DNA of 33,652 bases from positions 1-33,652 of the forward strand of contig JALGVI010000029.1 of the NCBI GenBank assembly GCA_029838215.1, read 5' to 3'. Under the pieces are notes generated by a model that was not told the origin of the DNA, ran no database searches, and was given only the letters and a program-made list of their open reading frames with translations. Positions 25,555 through 33,652 of the stretch are shown in pieces; position 1 is the first letter of the stretch, and the number at the start of each line of letters is the position of its first letter. The position numbers and the translations under genes are program-made. The stretch is from Candidatus Helarchaeota archaeon (GTDB lineage Archaea; Asgardarchaeota; Lokiarchaeia; Helarchaeales; RDOG01).

Positions 25555-27063
25555 TTGACCGAAACGCTGAGAACATATGAGGAAATAAATCGTAAAATTA
25601 AGAAAGGAACCATTCGTGTCGTAACGGCTGATGAAATGACGAAAATTGTCGAAGAAGAAGGTGTCGAAGTTGCAGCAAGGGATATTGACATTGTTACAAC
25701 TGGAACCTTTGGACCAATGTGTAGTTCTGGGGCGTTCCTAAATTTTGGTCATTCTGATCCCCCAATAAAAATGGAACACGTTTGGTTAAATGACATTCAT
25801 TGCTATCACGGCAATGCCGCAGTTGATGTTTATATAGGTGCCACGCGAATGAGTGACACGCGACCTTTTGAATACGGAGGCGGACACATTATTGAGGATC
25901 TTACGGCTGGGAAAGAGGTTACTTTATATGCAACGGCATATGCAACTGATTGTTATCCTCGAACCCACGTAGAAACGAATATTAGCTTAGAAGACATAAA
26001 TCAAGCCATTCTCGTGAATCCTCGGAATTGTTATCAACGATATTCTTGTGCGGTTAATAGTCAAAACCGCACTTATTTTACGTACATGGGAAAACTTTTA
26101 CCCAACTTTGGAAATGCTTCATACTCCGGAACTGGAGAATTGAATCCATTATGTAATGACCCTGATTATGAAACGATTGGAATTGGCACGCGCATATTTC
26201 TTGGTGGAGGCGTGGGCTATATCTGGGGTGAAGGCACGCAACATGACCCAAAGAATGGATTTGGAAACCTTTTTGTTAGCGGTAACTTAAAAAAGATGAG
26301 TGCAAAGTTCCTTCAAGGTGCAATACTTGAAAAATATGGAACCTCTCTCTATGTTGGATTGGGCATCCCGATCCCTATCTTGAATAAAGGGCTGGCAAGA
26401 AAGACAGGCATATCCGACGCGGAAATCTCTACTAAAGTTGTTGATTATGGTATTCGAAGGCGAAATCGACCCGTGTTGCAAACGATTTCGTATAAAGAGT
26501 TAAAATCCGGTTACATTTTAATTCATGATAAAAAAGTCAAGGTAAATTGTCTTTCGAGCGTTCGTAAAGCCAGGGAAATTGCTGATGAGCTGAAACGGTG
26601 GATTGAAGAAGGCACGTTTTACTTGACTTCGCCAATTGAAAGATTGCCGAGAGATGTCGTTTTCAAGCCCATGAAGGTCACGTCTGAAGCATTCCTTGTT
26701 GAGAATGTGATGGGACCTGCAATAACCTGTCGTTCTGATGCTTCAATTGATGATGTTGCGCGTTTGATAATCGAAAAATCAACAAATCACATAATGGTCT
26801 GCCAAAACAAAAAATTGGTCGGTATCGTGACATCATTTGACATCACGCGAGCGATTGCCGAACACATTCCTGACGTGGAGCATATCAGCACGAAAAACGT
26901 GATTACGGCACATCCTGAAGATTCGATCCAATTTGCTGCTCGAAAGATGGAAGAACACGGTATCTCTGCGTTGCCTGTCGTGAATAAAGAAAATAACATT
27001 CTAGGCATGGTTACGAGTGAAGATCTTTCTAAATTGCTTGGGCGGAGGAAATTCCGCACGTGA
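25555..27063 (+). CDS. L-aspartate semialdehyde sulfurtransferase (homocysteine biosynthesis, COG1900/MA1821-like) with C-terminal CBS pair
   Basis: DIVTTGTFGPMCSSGAFLNFGH (Cys56), YGGGH, TDCYPR, NPRNCYQ, IGIGTRIFLGG, LYVGLGIPIP, then two CBS domains. Confidence 0.92.
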   Translation: MTETLRTYEEINRKIKKGTIRVVTADEMTKIVEEEGVEVAARDIDIVTTGTFGPMCSSGAFLNFGHSDPPIKMEHVWLNDIHCYHGNAAVDVYIGATRMSDTRPFEYGGGHIIEDLTAGKEVTLYATAYATDCYPRTHVETNISLEDINQAILVNPRNCYQRYSCAVNSQNRTYFTYMGKLLPNFGNASYSGTGELNPLCNDPDYETIGIGTRIFLGGGVGYIWGEGTQHDPKNGFGNLFVSGNLKKMSAKFLQGAILEKYGTSLYVGLGIPIPILNKGLARKTGISDAEISTKVVDYGIRRRNRPVLQTISYKELKSGYILIHDKKVKVNCLSSVRKAREIADELKRWIEEGTFYLTSPIERLPRDVVFKPMKVTSEAFLVENVMGPAITCRSDASIDDVARLIIEKSTNHIMVCQNKKLVGIVTSFDITRAIAEHIPDVEHISTKNVITAHPEDSIQFAARKMEEHGISALPVVNKENNILGMVTSEDLSKLLGRRKFRT

Positions 27064-27072
27064 GGTGTGTTT

Positions 27073-27453
27073 ATGGACATATATTTCGAATTTGACTCCG
27101 AAAAAATTTATGAACCGGTGCTCGCTAACATCATCATTGAAACTCAGATTCCAATTAATATCGTTAAAGTAACCGTTAGTAACGAAGGTGGCGAAGCTCT
27201 AATCACGGTACCCGATGAAGTCGCAGATAAAATCATAGCACGACTTAGACAAAAAGGTCTCAAACCGACATCAAAATTTCGGAAAATTAATCTTGATAAA
27301 GAGTTATGCGTGGATTGCGGACATTGCGTGTCTCTATGCTCGTTTAATGCTCTCGCCATGGATGAGAACATGGAAGTCATGCTGGATAGTGAAAAATGCA
27401 CGGGATGCCGACGATGTTTAGATGCTTGTCCAAGAAATGCTATTTCAATATGA
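27073..27453 (+). CDS. NIL domain plus 2x[4Fe-4S] ferredoxin (MA1822-like partner)
   Basis: EPVLANII...NIVK NIL pattern; CVDCGHCVSLC and CTGCRRCLDACP; GAGGTG ribosome site. Confidence 0.9.
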   Translation: MDIYFEFDSEKIYEPVLANIIIETQIPINIVKVTVSNEGGEALITVPDEVADKIIARLRQKGLKPTSKFRKINLDKELCVDCGHCVSLCSFNALAMDENMEVMLDSEKCTGCRRCLDACPRNAISI

Positions 27454-27480
27454 GCAAATAACCTATCAAGAGGACTACAA

Positions 27481-28224
27481 ATGCTCTCACCCGAAGAGAA
27501 AGATCGCTATCATCGTCAGATTCTCGTTCCTGAAATTGGAGAAAATGGTCAAAAAACGCTGAAGAAAAGCTCCGTCCTGATTGTTGGAACAGGAGGGCTT
27601 GGATCTGCCGCTTCTCTTTATTTAGCGGCGGCAGGTATTGGAAAAATAGGAATACTTGACATGGATGTCGTTGAAGTCTCAAATCTGCAACGACAGGTCA
27701 TCCATGCAACATCTCGCGTGGGTGTTAAAAAAATAGAATCTGCAGAAAAGGTACTAAAAGATTTGAACCCAAACATCGAAATTATCACGTTTTCGGAAAA
27801 GTTTGAAGAAAAAAATGCTTCTAAACTCGTTCGACAGTTTCAATACGTCATTGATGCAAGTGATAATTTTCCTACAAAATTTCTCATCAATGATAAATGC
27901 GCAGAAAATAACATTCCTTGCACGATAGGAGGCGTGCGTGCATTTGAAGGACAATTCATTACTGTCATTCCTCACCAGACAACTTGTTATCGATGCGTAT
28001 TTCACGAACCACCCCCGCCAATGAAAGGAAAGTTGCCAATTTTGGGCTCAACAGCAGGAATAGGTGGATTGATAGAAGCAACCGAGTGCGTCAAATATTT
28101 TGTAGGATTGAGGGACGATCTTCTCACGAATTGCTTGCTGTTTTTTGATCTTAGAGCCATGAGCTTTGATAAAATAACGATCCTTCGGGATCCAAAATGC
28201 AAGACTTGTGGAACTGAAGCCTAA
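27481..28224 (+). CDS. Second ThiF/MoeB/HesA family E1-like protein, lacking the crossover-loop Cys
   Basis: RYHRQI, GTGGLG, DMDVVEVSNLQRQ, CYRC and CKTC; PPPPMKGKLPILG replaces xCxEAGVLG. Confidence 0.9.
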   Translation: MLSPEEKDRYHRQILVPEIGENGQKTLKKSSVLIVGTGGLGSAASLYLAAAGIGKIGILDMDVVEVSNLQRQVIHATSRVGVKKIESAEKVLKDLNPNIEIITFSEKFEEKNASKLVRQFQYVIDASDNFPTKFLINDKCAENNIPCTIGGVRAFEGQFITVIPHQTTCYRCVFHEPPPPMKGKLPILGSTAGIGGLIEATECVKYFVGLRDDLLTNCLLFFDLRAMSFDKITILRDPKCKTCGTEA

Positions 28225-28261
28225 GTTAATCCCAAAATGAGAAAAAATAAAAATTAATAAA

Positions 28262-28277
28262 TTTTCCTTCCTTTTTT
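28262..28277 (+). terminator. T-rich terminator between convergent units
   Basis: TTTTCCTTCCTTTTTT, with an A-rich tract just upstream serving the minus strand. Confidence 0.4.
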
Positions 28278-28287
28278 AGAAATCCTG

Positions 28288-29409
28288 TCATGTTTCAAAG
28301 AATTTATGATATTTCTTTGGCAAATCCGTGTATTTCACGGAAGGATCAAGATATCTAGACGTGTCTTTTGAATTGTATGTATTCCATAAGAGAATGCACT
28401 TGTCTTTTACTGAGTTATTATTGATGAAATCAATCATCGCTGCGGCTGTCTTCCCCGTGTAGGTGGGATCAAGAAGAACGTTTTCATTTTCCATGAATAA
28501 ATCAATTGCTTTCCGGCATTCTGGTGTCTCCAAGCCATATTTCTTGCCAAAGAATTCGTGCAATACCGTTGTTGGACTTTCAAACTTCACTTTTGGAATG
28601 GAAGGAGACAATTTTCTCAAATATTTATAAGTCGTTTTCGCCAAACCACGCACTGCACGTGCTGCTGAGAAAAATCCCCCTAAAAAAGAATAACTCGGTG
28701 TCACTCGCACTCCGACCACTTCTGTTTTCAATCCTGCGAGCTTGCAACCGAGTTCTAATCCTGCCATCGTGCCTGCGGAGCCCACCGTCACGAAGATGAA
28801 ATCCGGCTCAGGCATTTCTCCAGCATCCACTTGCTGTTTTAATTCGAGTGCCGCGCAAACATAGCCGAGTGATCCAATTTTGTCACTCCCTCCGGCATAC
28901 ATGTAATAAGTGTCTTTACTCGGGCGTTTTAGACGTTGAATGCCGTAAAAATGACCTGCTGTCATTATCAAATTCCCTGCGTGAACCATGTCTCCACCTA
29001 AGTGTTTCACTCCGCAATTATAAAATATCAATAATTTTTTCCTGACCGATTCAGTAACTGGTTGGTTAAATGTCAAAAAAACGGGCGTGAAATCTTGAAC
29101 TCCATTACACTTTTCCTGACAGAATATTGCCAATGAAAGATGATGATTTGAGCCAATTCCTCCTATGGTTACAATTGTGGACTTTCCGCTCGCAAGCACG
29201 TCCGCTAGGAGAAATTCAAGTTTCCTCGGTTTATTCGAACCATAGAAATCATTTGTATCGTTGTCACATTTGACCCAGAGTTCATCAATGCCTAAATACG
29301 ATTCCATTTTTTGAAGCTTTTTCACGGCCGTTTTTCTTGCTAATGGACCGATGAATGGGATTTTTCCACTCAAATCGGGATAAACATCAAATAGGATCGG
29401 TTGATTCAC
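28288..29409 (-). CDS. PLP enzyme, D-cysteine desulfhydrase/ACC deaminase family (paralog 1)
   Basis: WVKCDND, GSNKPRKLEF, GGIGSNH, VGSAGT, LDPTYTGK. Confidence 0.88.
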   Translation of the reverse strand: MNQPILFDVYPDLSGKIPFIGPLARKTAVKKLQKMESYLGIDELWVKCDNDTNDFYGSNKPRKLEFLLADVLASGKSTIVTIGGIGSNHHLSLAIFCQEKCNGVQDFTPVFLTFNQPVTESVRKKLLIFYNCGVKHLGGDMVHAGNLIMTAGHFYGIQRLKRPSKDTYYMYAGGSDKIGSLGYVCAALELKQQVDAGEMPEPDFIFVTVGSAGTMAGLELGCKLAGLKTEVVGVRVTPSYSFLGGFFSAARAVRGLAKTTYKYLRKLSPSIPKVKFESPTTVLHEFFGKKYGLETPECRKAIDLFMENENVLLDPTYTGKTAAAMIDFINNNSVKDKCILLWNTYNSKDTSRYLDPSVKYTDLPKKYHKFFET

Positions 29410-29415
29410 GAAACT

Positions 29416-30510
29416 TCACTCCTCCGGGAGACCTGCCAGATTTTCCTGAAAATATTGATGAAATTCTTTCGGTAAGGATAAATAATCCTGAAACTTGAGT
29501 TGTTTTACATGAGGGGATAAATCAATTGAATTGTATGTATTCCAATAGAGAATGACATCATCTTTGATTCCCTCTTTTCTAACGAAATCCATCAGAAATG
29601 CAAATGTTTTCGCCGTATAGGTTGTATCCAAGTGAATTCCTTCAAGTTCATCCATTAGTTCGATGGCTTTCTTACCTTCAGGTGTGACTTTTCCATATTC
29701 ACCACCCAAAAAATCATAACTAACAAAAGGTTTCTCAATAGAAGTGCTAATGTCGGGAACTGCATCCGAAAAAGACCTCATCCGTTTCAAGGTGCTTTTT
29801 GCCAGATTACGCACGTTCCTCGGGCTTGTCGTCTTCTTATCAACAACTCCATTCCCTAGGATCTCCACGTCATCCAATCCTGCTAACTTTAAACCCAACA
29901 TTAGACCCGCTAACGTGCCAGCACTACCCAAAGTCACGACAAGAAACTTGGGTTTAGGAATTTCGCCCTTCTCAATTTGAGATTTGAGCTCAAAAGCTGC
30001 ATCAACGAACCCCACGGTTCCCTCACTATTCGATCCGCCTGCCATCAAGAAGTATGGATTTCCCAACTCCGCAAATATTTTTGCTTGGTCTCTTACCAAA
30101 GCTTCTTCTTGGATTAGTCGTGCACCAAAATGTTGATATAGGAGCAGTTTTTTTTGCACGTCAGCGGTCAGTTCCTGCTGAAACAGGGCAAGTGCTATCT
30201 TAAAACCGAGATTCAATCTATTATTTAAAATGGTCGTTGCTAGGCAATGATTCGAACCAATTCCTCCCATGGTCACGATCGTCTTTTTCTGCTGCAGCTT
30301 TACGACCGGAAAAATAAACTCCAATTTACGCGGTTTATTTCCGCCATAGTGTGGGGTGCTCACGTCATCTCTTTTTATCCATATATTCGAACACCCGAGG
30401 TAATCTCCCATTTTTTTTAATCTATGAACGGGTGTTATTTGAACATCAAGCGATCTCCATGGAATCTCTTTCAAATCTGGATAAATATCGAATAAAAAAG
30501 GCGTTCTCAT
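29416..30510 (-). CDS. PLP enzyme, D-cysteine desulfhydrase/ACC deaminase family (paralog 2)
   Basis: TPVHRL, WIKRDD, GGNKPRKLEF, GGIGSNH, LGSAGT, LDTTYTAK; GAAGGT before ATG 30510. Confidence 0.88.
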   Translation of the reverse strand: MRTPFLFDIYPDLKEIPWRSLDVQITPVHRLKKMGDYLGCSNIWIKRDDVSTPHYGGNKPRKLEFIFPVVKLQQKKTIVTMGGIGSNHCLATTILNNRLNLGFKIALALFQQELTADVQKKLLLYQHFGARLIQEEALVRDQAKIFAELGNPYFLMAGGSNSEGTVGFVDAAFELKSQIEKGEIPKPKFLVVTLGSAGTLAGLMLGLKLAGLDDVEILGNGVVDKKTTSPRNVRNLAKSTLKRMRSFSDAVPDISTSIEKPFVSYDFLGGEYGKVTPEGKKAIELMDELEGIHLDTTYTAKTFAFLMDFVRKEGIKDDVILYWNTYNSIDLSPHVKQLKFQDYLSLPKEFHQYFQENLAGLPEE

Positions 30511-30776
30511 GATCTTACCTTCATAAAACTTGTACAATAATCTGGATATAACGATATTAGTTTTTTTTTCAAAAATTTAAATTCTAATATCAAAAAAAAA
30601 TCATCGATTTTCCTGTTAGTATTTTGGTACTAACACAAAAATTGATGAAATTGTTCTTTTTTGTTCCTTCTTACAAGTAGTAAGGACATGCGAAATCGTT
30701 TATTATCAGTCAACTTTTTTTAAAAAATTTATTTTTTAAGAATATCCTTAAATAAGTGAAATATGTTTATTTACTT

Positions 30777-31070
30777 ATGACTAACATTACATTTAGTGTC
30801 GATCAAGATTTACATCGCAAAATGAAAAATCATCCTGAGATTAAATGGTCTGAAATTTTAAGACGTGCCATTATTGATTACCTGACTAAAATTGAAGAAC
30901 CTTCTCAAATTTCAGTAAAGGATTTAAGGAATCAGCTTGATCCTGAACTTCTTCAGCGAATCGATAACATGGATCCTGAATATGCTGGCGAATTTTATAA
31001 ACAAGCTAAAAAGGTCGAGCTAGAGAGAACCAAACGACTATGGGATTTAGAGCGGAGCTCGGAGAGATGA
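30777..31070 (+). CDS. vapB: Ribbon-helix-helix antitoxin (VapB-like)
   Basis: MTNITFSVDQDLHRKMKNHPEIKWSEILRRAI; ATGA overlap with the PIN gene. Confidence 0.8.
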   Translation: MTNITFSVDQDLHRKMKNHPEIKWSEILRRAIIDYLTKIEEPSQISVKDLRNQLDPELLQRIDNMDPEYAGEFYKQAKKVELERTKRLWDLERSSER

Positions 31071-31450
31071 CTTGGTTATTGGACACGAATGCATTAATTA
31101 AATCCGCAAAGTTATTAAAGAAAAGAAAAATCTTTAGACGCAATCTGACATTCACGACGATTTTTTGCTTGATAGAATATCCCATAGCCATAAAATTCGA
31201 AGCACTCACGATAATATATCCCAATACGGACGATTATAAGAATGCATTAAAATATGCTTTTGAATTAAGAGAACACGGCACGCCTTTGCCGGCGATTGAT
31301 GTTTTAATTGCAACGATTGCGATTAATCGTAGTAAGTATCTTGTCACGAACGATGAGCATTTTAAATTTTTTCAAGATATTGAGCCACGTTTAAAGATTA
31401 TTTCCATGGAAGAATTGATGGTTCGCATTCAAAAAATAGAAAGAAAATAA
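31067..31450 (+). CDS. vapC: PIN-domain toxin (VapC)
   Basis: LLDTN, IEY, IDVLIA and VTNDEHF: all four acidic PIN positions present. Confidence 0.88.
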   Translation: MTWLLDTNALIKSAKLLKKRKIFRRNLTFTTIFCLIEYPIAIKFEALTIIYPNTDDYKNALKYAFELREHGTPLPAIDVLIATIAINRSKYLVTNDEHFKFFQDIEPRLKIISMEELMVRIQKIERK

Positions 31451-31485
31451 TCATCCAAAAGGGCTCATTCACTTCTTTTTAAGCG

Positions 31486-31502
31486 TTTTTTTTTCAAAAA
31501 AA
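31486..31502. terminator. Bidirectional terminator (T9-C-A7) between vapC and the permease
   Basis: TTTTTTTTTCAAAAAAA between convergent stops. Confidence 0.5.
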
Positions 31503-31511
31503 GTTGGGGAT

Positions 31512-32330
31512 TTATTGAAAGTCCATCCTGCGGAAGAGAATCGCACCCAAGATCATGAATCCTAAAGTAAAGCAGAGCATTCCGATGATGTCGAGTCCAA
31601 TTGGGAGAAAGCAGATACCGGTTAGAATGAACCGAAAGATGTCGACTGCATAGACAGCGGGATTGATCAGCAGTAGGAATTGAAACACCAACGGTAATGA
31701 GTTAATGGGGAAAAATACGCCGCTCAAGAAGAACATCGGCATGACCAAAAATGACATTACCGTTCCGAAAGCCTGCATGTCTTTCAATGACGTGGTGATC
31801 ACGAGACCGATTCCAATAACTCCCATTGCGAAGAATAGAAAGACAGGGATCAAGACGAGTATTCGCAAGATGAGAAAAGGATCGAATGAATAGGCTCCGA
31901 AGAGTACAGTTATCGTGAAAACGATCGATGCTTGAAACACGCAATTCAAAGCTCCACCCACCATTCTACCAACGACAATGCTAGTTCTTGGAACTGGCGA
32001 GACTTGAATTTCCTTAAAAAATCCGAATTGCTTGTCGATTAACACGCCCATCGCCATCATGATTCCCGAGAAAAGAATTGGCTGAACGATTAGACCTGAA
32101 GCCGTGAATGCAAGCCCCCTGAGTTCACCACCATATCCGACACCGCCGAGACTGGGTCCCATTAGTAGAAATACGATTAAAAAGAGAAGATTCGAGAACG
32201 TGTTACTAATGATTCGACTTTTTGAGCGATAGAATTTACGGACTTCGACTTTTGTTATGCTCCACGATGCTATCAAGTAATGTTTCCATTTTGGCACGTA
32301 TTCCACGTCTTGCAAAACGCTCATTTCCAT
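31512..32330 (-). CDS. ABC-2 type exporter permease (DrrB-like)
   Basis: DKQFGFFKEIQVSPVPR, GRMVGG, MPMFFLSGVFFPI, NPAVYAVD; six TM segments. Confidence 0.92.
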   Translation of the reverse strand: MEMSVLQDVEYVPKWKHYLIASWSITKVEVRKFYRSKSRIISNTFSNLLFLIVFLLMGPSLGGVGYGGELRGLAFTASGLIVQPILFSGIMMAMGVLIDKQFGFFKEIQVSPVPRTSIVVGRMVGGALNCVFQASIVFTITVLFGAYSFDPFLILRILVLIPVFLFFAMGVIGIGLVITTSLKDMQAFGTVMSFLVMPMFFLSGVFFPINSLPLVFQFLLLINPAVYAVDIFRFILTGICFLPIGLDIIGMLCFTLGFMILGAILFRRMDFQ

Positions 32331-32334
32331 TTTT

Positions 32335-33425
32335 TTACCTCCGACCTCTCATCATCATCATCTGTTTCATGAAATTCATTTTATTACTGGCTTCAACGCG
32401 AATTTTCCTTCCTGTATGATGGAGAAAAACGTCTTCGAGTGTTGGCTTGTTCATCTGAACGGATTTTATTTCAACACCTTCTTCTTTTGCGATTTCCACG
32501 AGTTGCGTGATTTGCGTGCCTCCATTTTCAACGATCAGGCTTATTTTAAACTCGTCCGATTGTTGCATTCGAGCCCTGTTTTTAGGCATGGTTTTCATTT
32601 TTTTCATTCGTTTCATCATTTGTTTCATCATTCCTGCGGGAGGACCCGGCATCTTTCCATTGCTTTTTATGAACTTGACTTGTTTGACAAAAGGTAATGT
32701 TTTTACACGTTTTTTCATCTTCATTGCATCTTCTTTCGTTGAGAACTCCAGTTGTATTGAATCTCCTTGTAGTTGGGATTTCAGTTCATCCGAGGTTCCT
32801 TGAGCAACAAGCCTTCCGTGATCAATAATTGCAATTCGGTCGCATAATTCATCTGCTTCTTCCATGTAATGTGTTGTTATTAATATCGTGATGTTCTTTT
32901 GTTGGTTCAAGCGGAATATGTATTCCCAAATCGACCGCCGAGTTTGCGGATCGAGCCCTAAAGTTGGTTCATCAAATAATAGAACAGAAGGAGCATGAAT
33001 CAGTCCCCGTGCAATTTCCAATCTTCTTTTCATTCCTCCTGAATAATTCTTCACGGGCCAGTCTTTTTGATCAACAAGATCTACCAACCCAAAGCAGGTT
33101 CTTGAAATACGACTCCTATCGACCGCCTTACTTTATCTGGATTGGTCATCACGTCGAATCCGTTCACGCTTGCCTTACCACTAGTTTTTTGCAATAATGT
33201 CGAGAGAATCATTATCGTGGTCGTTTTTCCGGCTCCATTCGGACCTAAAAAGCCGAAAATCTCGCCTTTTCTCACCTTGATGGTCAAGTCATTTACTGCC
33301 TTTACTTTTCCGTTGTAAATTTTGACCAGATTCTCGACAGAGATGGCGAATTCATCGTCGGTTTCTTGAACTAAAGTGCTTTTTTCATCGTTTTTTTCAT
33401 CAATTGTTAATTTCGTCACCTTCAT
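32335..33425 (-). pseudogene. ABC exporter ATPase (DrrA-like) disrupted by an out-of-frame internal deletion, or an assembly error
   Basis: 5' part 33425-33081 has Walker A GPNGAGKT and Q-loop VFQE. 3' part 33087-32335 has YSGGM, LLFDEP and TTHY in another frame. About 30 residues are missing between them. Confidence 0.8.
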
Positions 33426-33652
33426 TGTATATAATCGAAATGGTTATATACCCACAACGGATATAATTAAAATGAAAATATATAAATGTTTTTAAAAAAT
33501 TATCCTTCTCGGTAATGATACATGCGACCAACTGCTCCTGGTGGAAAATTCTTCACCAATTTTCTGATCTTGAATGAAATTGGCAAACATCCCGATGGAA
33601 TCTCGGGTTATCGAATAAAAAAGAACATAAATCTCAAATTAAAGGAGTCTAT

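Noticed and set aside
30777-31450. VapBC as a marker of a mobile element
   Set aside because: No transposase, integrase, terminal repeats or target duplication nearby; solitary VapBC pairs are common in archaeal chromosomes.
33081-33083. TAG read-through (pyrrolysine) joining the ABC halves
   Set aside because: The downstream half is in a different frame and sequence is missing.
1496-33197. The many short alternative-frame and antisense ORFs in the track that overlap recognised genes
   Set aside because: No family motifs or ribosome sites; expected shadows of real CDSs.
33490-33652. Possible gene at the right edge
   Set aside because: All frames are interrupted by stops or lack a start; no motif.

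Overview
AT-rich, densely coding prokaryotic window, most likely from an Asgard archaeon. This is inferred from a Rab-like small GTPase, two longin-like proteins, oligo(T) terminators, TTTAAA/TTATAA-type promoter boxes and GGTGA/GGAGG ribosome sites. In order it holds: thiN; tRNA-Cys(GCA); a metY-metX-metW-cysK operon; an OsmC-like/ThiF-MoeB/TusA/DUF169 unit; a longin-like gene; a CopA Cu(I) ATPase with extra C-terminal metal domains; a GalT-like gene; a lipid/acyl module (acyl-CoA dehydrogenase with a C-terminal extension, an AbrB-like domain fused to an apparently dead acyl-CoA synthetase, a membrane alpha/beta hydrolase); a beta-carbonic anhydrase/NfeD/flotillin unit; a Rab-like GTPase converging on a longin-wHTH gene; GNAT; DedA/VTT; an MBL hydrolase; the aspartate-semialdehyde route to homocysteine (COG1900-CBS, NIL-ferredoxin, second ThiF); two tandem D-cysteine desulfhydrase-family genes; a VapBC pair; and an ABC-2 exporter whose ATPase is broken by an internal deletion. 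The strongest candidate for an undescribed system is 12.2-18.1 kb: an intact acyl-CoA synthetase-fold protein with most catalytic motifs degenerate and an N-terminal AbrB-like domain, with a palindrome (CAAGCTTG) seen only in the two flanking divergent promoter regions. This suggests a pseudoenzyme-based one-component regulator. All family calls come from motif recognition by eye; no database searches were run. No transposase, integrase or CRISPR array was seen.
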